Positions 38,701 through 54,200 of a stretch of 64,000 nucleotides of DNA are shown here, one piece after another; the first letter of the stretch is position 1, and each line of letters starts with the position of its first letter. This stretch comes from Chrysomallon squamiferum (lineage: Eukaryota > Animalia > Mollusca), in assembly GCA_012295275.1 (NCBI GenBank), contig CM022672.1:26846001-26910000 (forward strand), in the 5' to 3' direction. The position numbers and the translations under genes were made by a program. The notes under the pieces were generated by a model, which was not told the DNA's origin, made no database searches, and saw only the letters and a program-made list of their open reading frames with translations.

Positions 38701-41700
38701 ACACTCTACACATAGTATACAGTACACGTAATATGACAGTAGAAGTGGTAACACAGTACACGTAGTAACACAGTACACGTAGTAACATACTACAGGTAGT
38801 ATCCGGTGCACGTATTAACAGACTACACCTAGTAACACTCTAAACGTTCTCTCTACACGTAGTAACAGAGTACACGTAGTAACACAGTACAAAGTAATAA
38901 CAGAGTACATGTAGTAACACTCTAAACGTTCTAACTCTCTACACGTAGTAACAGAGTACACGTAGTAACACAGTACAAAGTAATAACAGAGTACATGTAA
39001 TAACACTACACGTAGTATACAGTACAAGTAGTAACAGAGTAATCGTAATAACACTCTACACGTAGGATCACAGTACAAGTATTAACAGACTACACGCAGT
39101 AACACAGTACACATAGTAAAACTGTACACGTAGTAACACAGTCCACGTAGTAAAACAGTACAAGTCATAACAGAGTACAAGTAGTAACACTCTACACTTA
39201 TTATACAGTACACGTAATATGACAGTAGAAGTGGTAACACAGTACACCTATAACACAGTACACGTAGTAACACAGTATAAGTGGTAACACAGTACAAATA
39301 GTAACACGGTACAAGTAGTAACAGAGTACAAGTAATAACAGAGTACACGTAATAACACTCTACACGTAGGATCACAGTACAAGTATTAACAGACTACACG
39401 TAGTAACACAGTACACATAGTAAAACTGTACACGTAGTAACACAGTCCACGTAGTAAAACAGTACAAGTAATAACAGAGTACAAGTGATAACAAAGTCCA
39501 CGTAGTAACACTCTACACGTATAACACAGTACACATAGTAACACAGTACAAGTAGTAACAGAGTACACGTAGTAACATTCTACACATAGTATCCAGTGCA
39601 GGTATTAACACTCTAAACGTACTAACACAGTACAAGTAGTAACAGAGTACACGTAGGATCACAGTCAAAGTATTAACAGACTACACGTAGTAACACAGTA
39701 CACATTGGATCACAGTACAAGTTTTAACAGACTATACGTAGTAACAGTACACATAGTAAAACAGTACAGGTAGTACCACAGTACAAGTAGTAACAGATTA
39801 CACTTAGTACACAGTACACGTAGTAACACTCTACACGTAGTATACATTTGTGTAGTGACACAGTACAATTAGTAAAACAGTACACGTAGTAACACAGTCG
39901 ATGTAGTAACACTAGTCCACGTAGTAAAACAGTACACGTAGTAACAGTACAAGTAGTAAGAGAGTACACGGAGGATCACAGTACAAGTATTAACAGACTA
40001 CACGTAGTAACACAGTACACATATTAAAACAGTACACGTAGTAACACAGTACAAGTAGTAACAGAGTACACTTAGTACACAGTACACGTAGTAACACTCT
40101 ACACGTAATATGACAGTAGAAGTGGTAACGCAGTACACGTAATATGACAGTAGAAGTGGTAACACAGTACACGTAATATGACAATAGAAGTGGTAACACA
40201 GTACACGTAATATGACAGTAGAAGTGGTAACACAGTACACGTAATATGACAGTAGAAGTGGTAACACAGTACACGTAGTAACACAGTACAAGTAGTAACA
40301 TTCTACACGTAATATCCAGTGCACGTATTAACAGACTACACGTCGTAATACAGTACACGTAGTAACACAGTACAAGTAGTACCAGAGTACACGTAGTAAC
40401 ATTCTACACGTAGTATCCAGTGCACGTATTAACAGACTACACCTAGTAACACTCTACACGTAGTAACACAGTACAAGTAGTACAGAGTACACTTAGTAAC
40501 ACTCTACATGTAATATGACAGTAGAAGTGGTAACACAGTACACGTAATATGACAGTAGAAGTGGTAACACAGTACACGTAGTAACACAGTACAAGTAGTA
40601 CCAGAGTACATGTAGTAACATTGTGCACGTATTAACAGACTACACCTAGTAACACTCTAAACTAGTAACACTCTACACGTAGTAACACAGTCCAAAGTAA
40701 TAACAGAGTACACGTAGTAGCACTCTACACGTAGTATCACAGTACAAGTAGTAACAGAGTACACGTAGTTACACTGTACTCATAGGATCACAGTACAAGT
40801 ATTAACAGACTACACATAGCAACACAGTACACATAGTAAAACACTACACGTAGTAACACAGTCCACGTGGTAAAACTGTACAAGTAATAACAGAGTACAA
40901 CTAGTAACACTCTACACGTAATATGACAATAGAACTGGTAACACAGTACACGTAGTAACACACTAAACGTAGTTACACAGTACAAGTAGTAACAGAGTGC
41001 ACGTAGTAACATACCACACGTAGTATCCAGTGCACGTATTAACAGACTACACCTAGTAACACTCTAAACGTAGTAACACAGTACACGTAGTAACACAGTA
41101 GAAGTAGTAACAGAGTACACGTGGTAACACTCTACACGTAGTAGACAGTACAAGCAGTAACAGAGTACACGTAGTAACACTCTACACGTAGGATCACAGT
41201 ATAAGTATTAACAGACTACACGTAGGATCACAGTACAAGTATTAACAGACTACACGTAGTAACACAGTACACATAGTAAAACAGTACACGTACTAACACA
41301 GTACAAGTAGTAACCCTGTACACGTAGTAACACAGTAAAGTATAAACAGAGTACACTAAGTACAGAGAACACGTAGTAACACTCTACACGTAGTATAAAT
41401 TTGTGTAGTGACACAGTACAATTAGTAACAGAGTCGATGTAGTAACACTAGTGCACGTAGTAAAACAGTACACATAGTAACAGTACACGTAGGATCACAG
41501 TACAAGTATTAACAGACTACACGCAGTAACACAGTACACGTAGTAACACTCTACACGTAATATGACAGTAGAAGTGGTAACACAGTACACGTAGTAACAC
41601 TCCGCACGTAGTAACACAATATAAGTAGTAACATTCTGCACGTATTAAGAGACTACACCTAGTAACACTCTAAACGTACTAACACTCTACACGGAGTAAC

Positions 41701-43823
41701 AGAGTACAAGTAGTAACACAGTACAAAGTAATAACAGAGTACACGTAGTAACACAGTACAAGTAGTAACAGAGTACACGTAGTAACACTGTACACGTAGG
41801 ATCACAGTATAAGTATTAACAGACTACACGTAGGATCACAGTACAAGTATTAACAGACTACACGTAGGATCACAGTACAAGTATTAACAGACTACACATA
41901 GTAACACACTACACATAGTAAAACAGTACACGTAGTAACACAGTCCACGTAGTAAAACTGTAGAAGTAGTAACAGAGTAGACGTAGTAACACTCTACACG
42001 TAGTATACAGTACACGTAATATGACAGTAGAAGTGGTAACACAGTACACGTAGTAACACTCTAAACGTAGTAAGACAGTATACGTAGTAACACTCTACAC
42101 TTAGTAGTAACACAGTTCAAGTAGTAACAGAGTACACGTAGTAACATTCTAAACGTAGTATCCAGTGCACGTATTAACAGACTACACCTAGTAACACTCT
42201 AAACGTACTAACACTCTACACGTAGTAACACAGTACACGTAGTAACACAGTACACGTAGTATACAGTACAAGTAGTAACAGAGTACACGTAGTATACAGT
42301 ACAAGTAGTAATAGAGTACACGTAGTAACACTCTACACGTAGGATCACAGTACAAGTATTAACAGACTACACGTAGTAACACAGTACACGTAGGATAACA
42401 GTACAAGTATTAACAGACTACACGTAGTAACACAGTACAAGTAGTAAAACAGTACAAGTAGTAACAGAGTAGACGTAGTATACAGTACACGTAATATGAC
42501 AGTAGAAGTGGTAACACAGTACACGTAGGATCACAGTACAAGTATTAACAGACTACACGTAGTAACACAGTACACGTAGGATAACAGTACAAGTATTAAC
42601 AGACTACACGTAGTAACACAGTACATGTAGTAACACAGTAAAAGTAGTAACACAGTACACGTAGTAACACAGTACACGTAGTAACACAGAACAAGTATCA
42701 AAACAGTACACGTAATAACAGAGTAGACGTAGTAACACTCTACACATAGTATACAGTACAAGTGGTAACACAGTACACGTAGTAACACTCTAAACGTAGT
42801 AAGACAGTATAGGTAGTAACTCTACACTTAGTAGTAACACAGTACAAGTAGTAACAGAGTACACGTAGTAACATTCTACACGTAGTATCCAGTGCACGTA
42901 TTAACAGACTACACCTAGTAACACTCTAAACGTACTAACAATCTACACATAGTAACACAGTACAAGTATTAACAGACTACACGTAGTAACAGTACATATA
43001 GTAAAACAGTACAAGTAGTAAGACTGTACAAGTAATAACAGAGTACACGTAGTATACAGTACAAGTAATAACAGAGTACACGTAGTAACACAGTACAAGT
43101 AATAACAGAGTACACATACTATACAGTACAAGTAGTAACAGAGTACACGTAGTAACACTCTACACGTAGGATCACACTTACAGGTATTAACAGACTACAC
43201 GTAGTAACACGGTACACATAGTAAAACAGTACACATAGTAAAACTGTACAAGTAATAACAGAGTACACGTAGTAACACTCTACACGTAGTATACAGCAAC
43301 CGTAATATGACAGTAGAAGTGGTAACACAGTATACGTAGTAACACTCTAAACGTAGTTACACAGTACAAATAGTAACACAGTACAAGTAGTAACAGAGTA
43401 CACCTAGTAACATTCTACACGTATTATCCAGTGCACGTATTAACAGACTACACCTAGTAACACTCTACACGTAGCAATATAGTACAAGTAGTAATATAGC
43501 ACACGTAGTAACACAGTACACGTAGTAACAGAGTAAAGTAGGAACAGAGTACACGTAGTAACACAGTAAAGTAGTAACAGATTACACGTAGTAACACTCT
43601 ACACGTATTATACAGTGCACGTAGTAACAGAGCACACGTAGTAACACAGTACACGTAGTAACACTGTACACATAGTAACACAATACACGTAGTAACACTA
43701 CACGTAGTAACACAGTACAAGTAGTAACACTACACGTAGTAATACTCTACACGTAATAACACAGTACACGTAGTGACACTGTACACAGTACACGTAATAA
43801 TACAGTGAACTAGTACAGTACAG
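35701..43823. repeat. ~8.1-kb satellite of a ~17-bp monomer (GTAGTAACACAGTACAC and variants) with higher-order structure
   Basis: Monomer variants gtagtaacagagtacac, gtagtaacactctacac and gtagtaacacagtacaa. 34-bp dimer gtaatatgacagtagaagtggtaacacagtacac x5 at 40105-40274; gtaggatcacagtacaagtattaacagactacac x3 at 41796-41897. Confidence 0.97.
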
Positions 43824-44899
43824 AAAATACGTCGACAGATGTCAGCCGCCGAGAAGAGCTCTATTAAATTTATTTTAATGTATTTACGTATATTAAGTTC
43901 ACAAAAATCGAAATTTTAATCGATTGAAGAAATTACAGGTATGCAGTAAATCTATTACAGTTTAGAGAGAAATATTTTTTCATTCGAATTTTATTTTATT
44001 TAATTTTGTTTAATTAATTAATTTAATTTTAATTTTTATTCTGTTGTTGTTAATTTATTTATTTACTTAACTACTTACATAGCTGCTTTTTAAAATTATT
44101 CAAAAAAATAATTTTAAGGTTTGTTCTTTTTCATTTATTCTGTTGGTTGCTTGACTGGTTTGGTTGGCTGGTTGTTTGGCTGGTTTTAACTACATGTAAT
44201 TTGTTTGTATCTTTCGTATAAACAGCAAATTAGTCACTCTGTGATCCTCACACACAATGTTAGGAGTTAACACAATTAATTTTTGCACTTACAGTCACAT
44301 AACACAGTGCGATCAGTGCAAGATGATGTTTTACACGGGCTTGAATACAAGTTCAGAATTAATACAAACCATCATAACAATTTCTAGAACAGCGACCCGA
44401 AGAAAGAGGACATAGAGTGTAACGTTTAATAACTGTTTAATAACTGTTTAATAATTATTATATTTTCTTTTGTGATTGTTTCATACATAGTTCTAAATTT
44501 CTGAAATTTTATTTGCCTATATCATTATATTTAATAAAATGACTTCATGCATATAATCATATTCCCAGTTACCGTTTAATAATTAAGATTTATCATCACG
44601 ATTTTGATACGTGTTTCTATATTACAATTCATATATATATTAACAACAGAATATAAGAGTCTGTTTAATGAAATGACACTATACTCATATTCCCAGTTAC
44701 CGTTTAATAATTAAAACATATCTTTATGACCAATATAATATCAAGTTTTAATTATCATTCACAAGCCGTGTTATTCTATATCATTATATATAATTATTAG
44801 AACGACGCCGTGCGTAAAACAACACTCCCGTAAACATTTTAATAATTCACCCACCGCTTTATAAACACTTTCATATGCATTCATGTTCACGAATGGGAA

Positions 44900-46310
44900 A
44901 TTATGTTAATAGCAAATTTCATATACAGTTTTGTTCTGGCATATGAATCTTTAATTATTTTTAAAATTATTTTGTCTTCTCTTTACAAGTTTCATCTACA
45001 GTTTTGTTCTGGTATTATGAAATTTTTATGTTGTTTTCATCACTTTATAAGAAGTTTCATGCATATATCTATTTACATATATCAAATGTTTTAAATTTCT
45101 TTATAACAAATTTCAAATACAGATCTGTTCACGTATATCAATTTATTTAAATTTCTTTGTAATAAGTTTCGTATATAGATTTGTTTACATATATCATTAT
45201 TTACATCTCTTTATAATAAATTTCAAATACAGATCTGTTCACGTATATCAATTTATTTAAATTTCTTTGTAATAAGTTTCGTATATAGATCTGTTTACAT
45301 ATATGAAATTATTTACATCTCTTTGTAACAAATCTCATTAATCTGTTCCGTTCATTTATATATAATTATATTTCATCGTAAGAAGATTCGTATGTACTTC
45401 TGTTGATCTATAATGAAATTATATACTGATATATCTTAACGTATTTGAAATAATTTTTCTTATTTTACTTTATTTTATTTTTTATTTATGTATTTTTCTT
45501 TTTTTTTTTTCTTTGTTATTATTATTTTATTTATATATATATATTTATTATTTATTGTAACACGCTTCATAAATAGTTCTATTGATCAGTGTGAAATTAT
45601 GTTTACATTAATTTATAACAAATTTCATATACAGATCCGTTCATGTATAAGAAATTACATTTCTTTGTAACAAGTTTCATGAATAGTTCTGTTGATCTTT
45701 GTTAATTATGTTTACATTTCTTTATAACAAATTTGATGTGTGTGAAATAATGTTTACATTTCTTTATAACAAATATACCATAGAGTTCTCTTCACGTACT
45801 GAAGTTATGTTTGCATCTGTTCATAACAAACTTCATATACAGATCTGTTCATATGTATGAAATTATATTTCTTTGTAATAAGTTTTATAAATAGTTCTGT
45901 TATATATTTGTATCTCTTTGTGACAGTTGTCGTAATGTATATGAAATTGTTTACATGTCTTTATAACAAATGTAAATCTGTTCACGTATATGTAACTATA
46001 TTTCTCTGTAACAAGTTTCATTTACAGTTGTTTTCATCAAAATGAAACTATGACTACTTTTCTTTACAACGAATTTCATTTGGCGTTCTCGTCACGTACT
46101 GAAGTTATTTTTATATCTGACCAATAGTGCACGTATATCTGTTTGTAACAAGTTTCAAATACAGTTCTCTTCGTGTACTCAAGTTTTATTTACATCTGAT
46201 TGTAACACATTTTATATACAGATCTGTGCAAGTATATGAAATTAAATATTTACAACTCTTTGAAACAAATTTCATGTGTAGTTCTCTCAACGTATATGAA
46301 ACTATATTTA
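44900..46310. repeat. Degenerate ~55-bp AT-rich minisatellite (tctttgtaacaagtttcatatacagatctgttcacgtatatgaaattatttaca)
   Basis: Motif recurs about 20 times. A near-identical ~110-bp dimer is duplicated at ~45098-45207 / 45208-45317. Confidence 0.8.
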
Positions 46311-49300
46311 ATCCATACCATCCACAACAAAAACAATTCAAAGGATTACATCAAAGTGACGGGAATCCTGAGTAACTGGCTAATAAAATCAGCTTCTTTT
46401 AAAATAAGATTTCGCTGATACCATCACGCGGCGATCAAAGAGATCAACAAAAGTGATAGTAGATTTGATTTGGGTTTTGGGAAAGATTTGTTGTAAACTT
46501 CGACGTGAGCACGTTGTCCACCATCAGGCGAGTTTAGAGTTGTTGTCTTTTGAATTATTGACGAATGGGAGATCCTTTATTCGTACGGTAAAAGCCATTT
46601 TCTTTTGTATTTTTTATGAAAATGTCTGGTACGTACTGTCGTGACTATGTCAGGAAGCAAATGAAGACATCATTTGACTTTGCTAACTGATAAGAATAAC
46701 TGGTAGAGCTGCGACAGAAGAGTTATTTATCTTCGAGAAATCTCTTTACAAAATATTCATCCACAGTCGAAGAGATCGGACACAATTTGATAAAAGAAAC
46801 CTTCATGAACTATTCTTATCAGCAAGGAATCATTTACATATCAAATTTGGATATACGGTATATATCGCGACCTTTGTTAAACAGTGGGCCCTGGATAAAG
46901 AAATAAATTCAATGAATTCAAAGCAATATTTCACATTACGCTTAATTACACTTAATTGAAGATACTTGTATATAAAATAGTAGTTGTTTTTCTAATCTCT
47001 CGTAATTTGTATTATTATTATTTTATTTTTTAAATTATTATTATTATTATTATTTCTTTTTATCTTTTTTTTATTTATTTTTTTGTGGAGTTATCTAGTG
47101 TTGGGATGTTTTTGATGATTCACTGAGCTTGATTCTCATTATTATGATACGTTTCAGTTTCTGGTCCTTTTTATATTTTTCGCTCTCTTTTCTCTTTTTA
47201 TTTTCTTACGTCATTAATGAACATACGTCTGCAATGCTGAAACATGTAACATAACTTGAGTGTAATTTCCAAAAACCTTTTAGCTAGCTTCTTCCTTTTT
47301 TTTCTGGTTTTCATCTTAAGTACCTAATTTGATATCATCTAATGGAATCTAAACATACAGTGTTGTTGGTCGTTAAAAGCCGCACAAGGGAATGAAAGGC
47401 CACTTTAAGCTGCTATCATTAATTTACTAATGGTTTCGTTCTGACTGATAAATTCCGTCTAAAACTGGAGTCCAACATTTGACAAAAAACATTTTAAAAA
47501 TACAACACACAAAAGAATTTTAAATCCAACACGGGTAAAAGCACGTAAATGACCCATTGTTTCAAATATCAGATCAAATATAACATAGTGATTCTTTTTG
47601 TTTTTCATTTAAAACATCCATTAAGTTTGAAGCATTTGTTAATAGCATATTTTTTGTGTGTGTGGGGGGGTTGTTTAATGATGAATATATGTAGTATATG
47701 TTTTATTATGTATGAAGTATGTAATATATGTTTATGTCTTTAATGGAGATCAAAATTGCCTAATACATTAGCTCGATTCTCTGATGTTAGCATCAGTTTT
47801 GATCCGTTAATGTGGGGTAAAAAATTCCTATTTAATTTAGCTTAGGTTTTCTAAATCCAGATTAAAATAATTAACATAAAAAAGAACAATGATACAGTGA
47901 AACAGTCAGTGATCAATAACAGCTATGAAAGTGACATCAACTTCGACAACAACAACATAAATTACAATGGTGATGATGATCATAAACTCAGAAACATTCA
48001 CATATTCATCAGACCTACAGAGCTTACCATAAGCACACAAATATTCACTCTGATTTACTGACTCGAAAATATCCCATAACATACTCAGTAACACGCGCGT
48101 ACGCACACACACTTAGCAAATCTTCTCGCAGATAGACTCTGTAACAAATACAATTATACAAAATACTTACACACGCTGCCTTCTTCCAACGCACATTTAT
48201 ATACACACATACATATACCAATCAAACCGTCATACACATTCTGAAAAATACACAGATACATAATTATTACAAACACTAGCGAATACATTACGTATCTAAC
48301 GCACTTTCATATACACACTTACCATACTTCAAACACAGACTCTGTAACAGATAAATACATACAAATTATACAGAATAATACATAGGTTTATACTTTTACC
48401 AGAACATCATACCCTATTCAGTAAAATGTAGATTTTGTACATTCCTGTTCTCACGTGTGTGTAAACACTTACCAAAGCTCCACACTTCAGACCTAGTAAT
48501 TAACACAGTTATACAAATATTCACATCATCTCTCTCTAATAACACAAAACACTGACGTGCACACATGATATACTTAACAAACAGAAATACACAAATTCAG
48601 TGACATCAAATATTATTATTACAACACATTCATACACTCTCTCAAACATCGCAGCCATATACACACACACACACACACACAGCACAACACACAGACTACA
48701 AACACACAACACAAATCTCATACACAGTTAACACAAACACACAACAGACACAACATACACCACACACACACAATATACACAAATACGCCAATAAGATCAG
48801 ATTTGCCTAGTTTAATATTAAAAACAAAGTATAGTAATAATCCCTTAAAGCAAACACAGAGAATGAGTGGCTGGTTATCACCATATCGCTTTCTTTAGTA
48901 GCATCGTTAACAAAAGTACGTTGACGTTGTCGTTAATGACTGATCAACCTTTGAGATTCCTTCATATCATTATATATTTTTTTCCCTTCAAAATAGCAAA
49001 ATTACTCGACGTCATCATCTCAATTTCCAGCGACTCTTCATCTTTAATTTTTTATTGTCATCAAAAATGGGATGGTTTATGAACCATAGCGTGCTATAAT
49101 TGCCTTCGTTTATATCAGAAACGAGTAACTTAACCCTTGGGGAGGCTTCCGAACAAACTGGAATTCCCTGCCACACTCGGTAGTAGAACATATAACCCAG
49201 TAACTAAGTTAAAACTGTACTTAAAATTGACTTAACTACTCAAGTTTTTAGATAATTGTAAGAAGTTTTCTTTTTTTCCTTTTCCTTATTTTTTTTTTTT

Positions 49301-50265
49301 CTTTTTCTTCTTTTTTAATTCTTAGTTTTTACCTTAATGTAATTTATAATGAGGAAAAAAAAATATTCATTACAAATTCCATTAAGGCACGATCAACACA
49401 TACAGTAACAAATACTGAAAGATATATGATATGCGTATTAATTTTGCTACACAATACGATATGATTAGGGTAGTTAGATAACAGTGTAGGCGACGCATTA
49501 ATGACATATACTTACGAGTCTTTGTCAGTATTTACTTATTAATAAAATGTACATGATAGTTGTAACTGGTAATTAGTCCGTACATGATATTAAGATACTC
49601 CATTGCCACAATAAATATATGTACCCGAAGAAGAGATATTTTTATATTTTTACGATTTGTTCAAAACATTTTCAATGTACAATTGTACATCATTGTACGT
49701 AAGTCTAAGATAAAACAAATAATGAGAGAAGCAACTTGCGGCCACTTTGCGATTTCACGCTTTTTCTCGATCTGCAGTAAAAGATTTTTTAAATATGCAC
49801 GTTCCCTTAGACAGAAAAAACAACAGCATATAAATCATGTGCGCTGAATGGAACGAGAAACTGCTGGTTAGAAGAGCTCTGGAAGATTTATACTGCGACT
49901 CTCTCAGCGTCCAATCTGCATTGTTCTGCCTCGTCTGCCCACCCAGCTGTTAGTACACAGCTATTATCTACATAATTAATCTTTTATATACAGATCCATT
50001 CTTCAAAAATTATTTTTAAAAATAAAGACAAAATTTGACTATCGATCCTACTTCTTCCAGATCAACAGGCCATTAAAAACTCCTTAATTAGAAAAGCATG
50101 GAGACCATTTTTCTTGAGGAAAATAACAATACAAATTAAAATTTAAGAAAAAAAAGAAAACAAAACAAAACGCTTTAGACGACATCATTTGTTGAAATGA
50201 AACTCAAAAATGTGAGAAATAATTACAAGATTTTAATTTCAGAATAATCAGTATTAAAAATTCTT

Positions 50266-50296
<31 letters not shown>

Positions 50297-50676
50297 TTAT
50301 TATTATTATTATTATTATCCGGCGTGCGATTAAGAAAAAAAAATTCTGGTATGAGATCAGAAACGTGAAACGGTCGACAATCCAGATGGCACTTCATTAT
50401 TAGCCAATTGGTCTCCTCGGCGACATCTTTGTGCACCCCGTTGTGATTTCCTCTTTAGGCAAACACGGTGAACGGATCGACAACGGTCGCGAAATGAAAC
50501 GACACTACGATCATTATAAGCACGTTACCCACTCCTCTTTAAAATTAAAATCTTGAAAATAATGTGCCCGCTTCCACATGATGTAATCTTTGAAAGCACA
50601 TCACAGAAAAACCGTCCGCCGCAAGGGATGTCACTCTATGTTCTCCAATTGAACGCCTTAGAGTTTTCGGTGCTAG

Positions 50677-50720
50677 CTAATTAGCATACTCGCGAAATCC
50701 AGTGCCCAGGGTTATAATTA
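50677..50720. promoter_or_regulatory. Composite motif copy 2: CTAATTAGCATACTC + GCGAAATCCAGTGCC + ATAATTA
   Basis: Same spacing as 27778-27821, with the first 15 nt identical. Confidence 0.5.
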
Positions 50721-51177
50721 GCTATATCGTTATTTTCATCACATCGGCGGGCGCGTGTAATTGGATCATTCATGTTATAAGAGTGTAAAATACATCATTA
50801 GTAACTTTCATACGTCATGGAATGTTGGAAAACTCGGGCAACACACCAGGGTTGTTCAAATGAAAATAGTACGAAGGATCTTAATGAAGTATTCAGCTCC
50901 ATGGCGGTTGTTACGCGATGTTTTTAATTTTTGTTACCATGTGAAGTATGTATTAAAAAGGAAGAAAATTTAAAGGAGAAAAAGTTATGATTATTAAAAA
51001 TTATTATTGTTTTAAAAAAAAAAAAAAAAAAAAAAAACGTTTGAAATAAACGCTGAAATTTCATATTTTCTAAGCAATCTGTCATTTATTTTTTGTTTAT
51101 AAGCAGAACTAATTGGGATTTAAATTTGTTTAAAGAAATGCAGCATAGTCCAGTTTATTTATGGTCAGTTTAGCAGT

Positions 51178-51267
<90 letters not shown>

Positions 51268-54200
51268 ATTATGTTTGCGCATATGGTTTTCTACCTGACT
51301 GTATAATCAGCTGATACACATATAAAGGAAAATTTCGGTTGTTATCTGTACTACTGCTTTGTCCTGTCACGTGACTCTCCTGTTCGTAGGCAGGAAGGGA
51401 ATAGTTTGTTTTTGTTGTTGTTGTTGTTGTTTTTTCAATCATTATTATTTCCTAAGATTTGAGATTTTCAATAACTGACATTAGAGAGTTGTACTTTACA
51501 AAAAGTTTTCCCAGACTTTCACAAGCTTTCTGCTTCCCAGAACTATGAGTGAAAAATTAAGTTTTTTTGATTAATGACAATGTTTGGCAGAGATAATCAG
51601 GAAGAGCCAACAAAGAGAAAATAACTGGTATCACTTGTTGATCGCTCATGCGGAGTGATCGTTCCTGAGATGGAAATGAAACAAAATAATGTTTTCCTTG
51701 TAACACACCATTAAGCGTGAACTTTGCATGACAAGCAATTAATTTGAGTTATCGTTCTTATTGCTTCCTTTTTCAGTTTAACAATCACCAAGTTTGATTT
51801 ATTGGACTAACATGTGCTGCAGACAGATCGTAAATACAGAGGTGGGGCGAATGTGACTGGAATAGGTTATAGTTATTTTTCAAACTGAATCGCTGAGTTC
51901 TTTTTAACGTTTTCTTTATCAAACTCAGTTTCCGAATTCTTTATCAAACTAATTACCCGAAACCTTTTACAATTTTACTTTTTAAAACTGAATTTCCAAA
52001 CGCTTTTTATTATGTTATTTTGTTATCATTTTTTTCTTCATTATGAAACAGATTGTCTGAAGTCTTTCGTGTTAATGTTCTATCTAACAAACCGAATTTC
52101 TGAATTCCTTTTAATTTTGCCTTTACCTCTTTCCACTATTAATTATATTATCTTGGGTTTTTTTTGTTTTGTTTTGTTTTGTTCTTTTTTTTTATCATAA
52201 GCATAAAATATATTTATAAGTGGAAAAATGGAAACATATTTGACACTAAGTAGGACGCACGAATCAGCATGAATAATACAGCAGTGAGTTGGTAATGCAG
52301 TCAGTGACAGCTACTTGTTAGCAGCATTGTCTGAAATATTAAATTTTAAGAAGAAATTTGTACTGCAGTAGCCCTACATGATTAAATATGTATAGACCGT
52401 CTCAACACATTAGATATCTTTAGCTAATACGAGTATAATTCTGTCTTCGGATATTTCCGTCATTTTTTGACATATTAAAAATCAGGAAGTTAATTAGAGA
52501 TCTCTATTTAGTCTTTGCCGTTGTCATTCGTATGTCACACACGGAAATAACAGCAAATTAACCACTGCGCTATTTTAAAATATTTTACAGAGAGCCACTT
52601 ACAGCAGGTAGGAAGAAATGCCATGTTCCCGAGGCGTTACGCGACTCAGTGGTGACATGGGTTAAATTAAGAAGTCAACACTGTTGCATTCATCGTTTGA
52701 AACTGGGGAAATCCAGCAGGGTTTTGAAGGGATCTACGTGTATCATGGAAGCATTCCCTGTTACGTCAGAAGCACAGTTTCTAAAATAACACTTCAACCA
52801 CAACGATAAATATAGTTATAAATATAAACATAATGTATGAACTCACACACAGAAACCCACGGATATGTCAGACATGTACTTATTTACTTGTTATACGTGT
52901 CCAATGGCTATCATCTTCAGAAAGGTCATCAAAGTACAGTCGGTGGTTAACCATATCATACCAATATAAATTTTAAAAATTATTTGTCGCACTAATTCTG
53001 AACTGTAACTAAATATAATTCTAGCACGTAAACACCGTTTCGGTTTGTCTTCATTTTTTCTTTTCTTTTTCAAAATAAATATGACTTTAGATTGAAATAT
53101 TTTAAGTATAAAATTATGCTTTTAATTATGAGAAATAAATTATTATTGTGTAACATCTTTACTTAATTTTACAATGATACCTAAGCTAAAAGGATTCATC
53201 GCTGGACATATATTCAAAAATCTTTGTACATCCCATATTACTTTTTTACAAAGAGATAAATTAATGGTATGAAATTCTAATAAAATCTGGAATTCACAAT
53301 AAGAGAAGAATCGAAAAACATAAACTTCATCTCGTTGAGAAATAAAATAATAAAAAGGATGCCAATAATTATAGTGAAATTTCATAGATATTTAAAAATA
53401 AAGCTACGTGCACCACTTTCCCACAATCAGAAATGAAATCAAAGTCACGCCTTTCTCAGAGACTATCGAACTACGAAAGTAAAACACCTCAAGTAACGTG
53501 AATTCCCAGTGTTTCTGAATTTTGTACATTACATTATACTTAGGTCAACAAAGAAAAACTCTCAGTTGTCAAAACCTTATCATTCTTTCAGACAAAAAAA
53601 AAATTAAATAATAAAAATAATAATAATAAGTACAGGCTGTGAACCACCTCAACAATTTTTGTCAAGTCACACAACAAAAGAACATGAGCATTATGAATTG
53701 CAACGGATGTGGCAATTAACGGTTGACACGTCCCTCTGTATTGTTCCTTTGCTAGTCGAAGCGACCCGTGTTCAGTACCCTCATTTTTATTGTCCGCCAC
53801 CCATCAATCATCTGCCATTTTGCATTCAGAAGCTAATAAAAATGCCAAAGAAAGATGTTCGGTTTGTGAAGTGTTTCCCTCTTCAGATATTAGCGGCATC
53901 AAGGTGGTTGTCTCACACGGAATGCTATTATTGGGTTTGCCAGGTGAAACACTCGTAGTTGCTGTAATGTTGGAGATAGCAGCAAAAACAGATCGATTTG
54001 AAAACGAGAGCTGGTGGAACAGATTGCTGTGATGGTGTTAATTTGTTCTGCTGTGTAGTTTTTATAAGTATTGGTCCCTAGACGTTGCAAATATATCTCG
54101 TTTTCTTTGTTCAAAGTTCGACGTTTATTCTGAGGCACTGTTCTGTGGGGGAAAAATAGTTATTTTGGGACATAATATGCTGAATGGTGTTAATGCTTTC

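Noticed and set aside
35656-43720. Many Cys/Tyr/Val/Thr-rich minus-strand ORFs (metallothionein- or keratin-associated-like)
   Set aside because: They are translations of the 17-bp satellite in overlapping frames. The period is not a multiple of 3 and stops are frequent.
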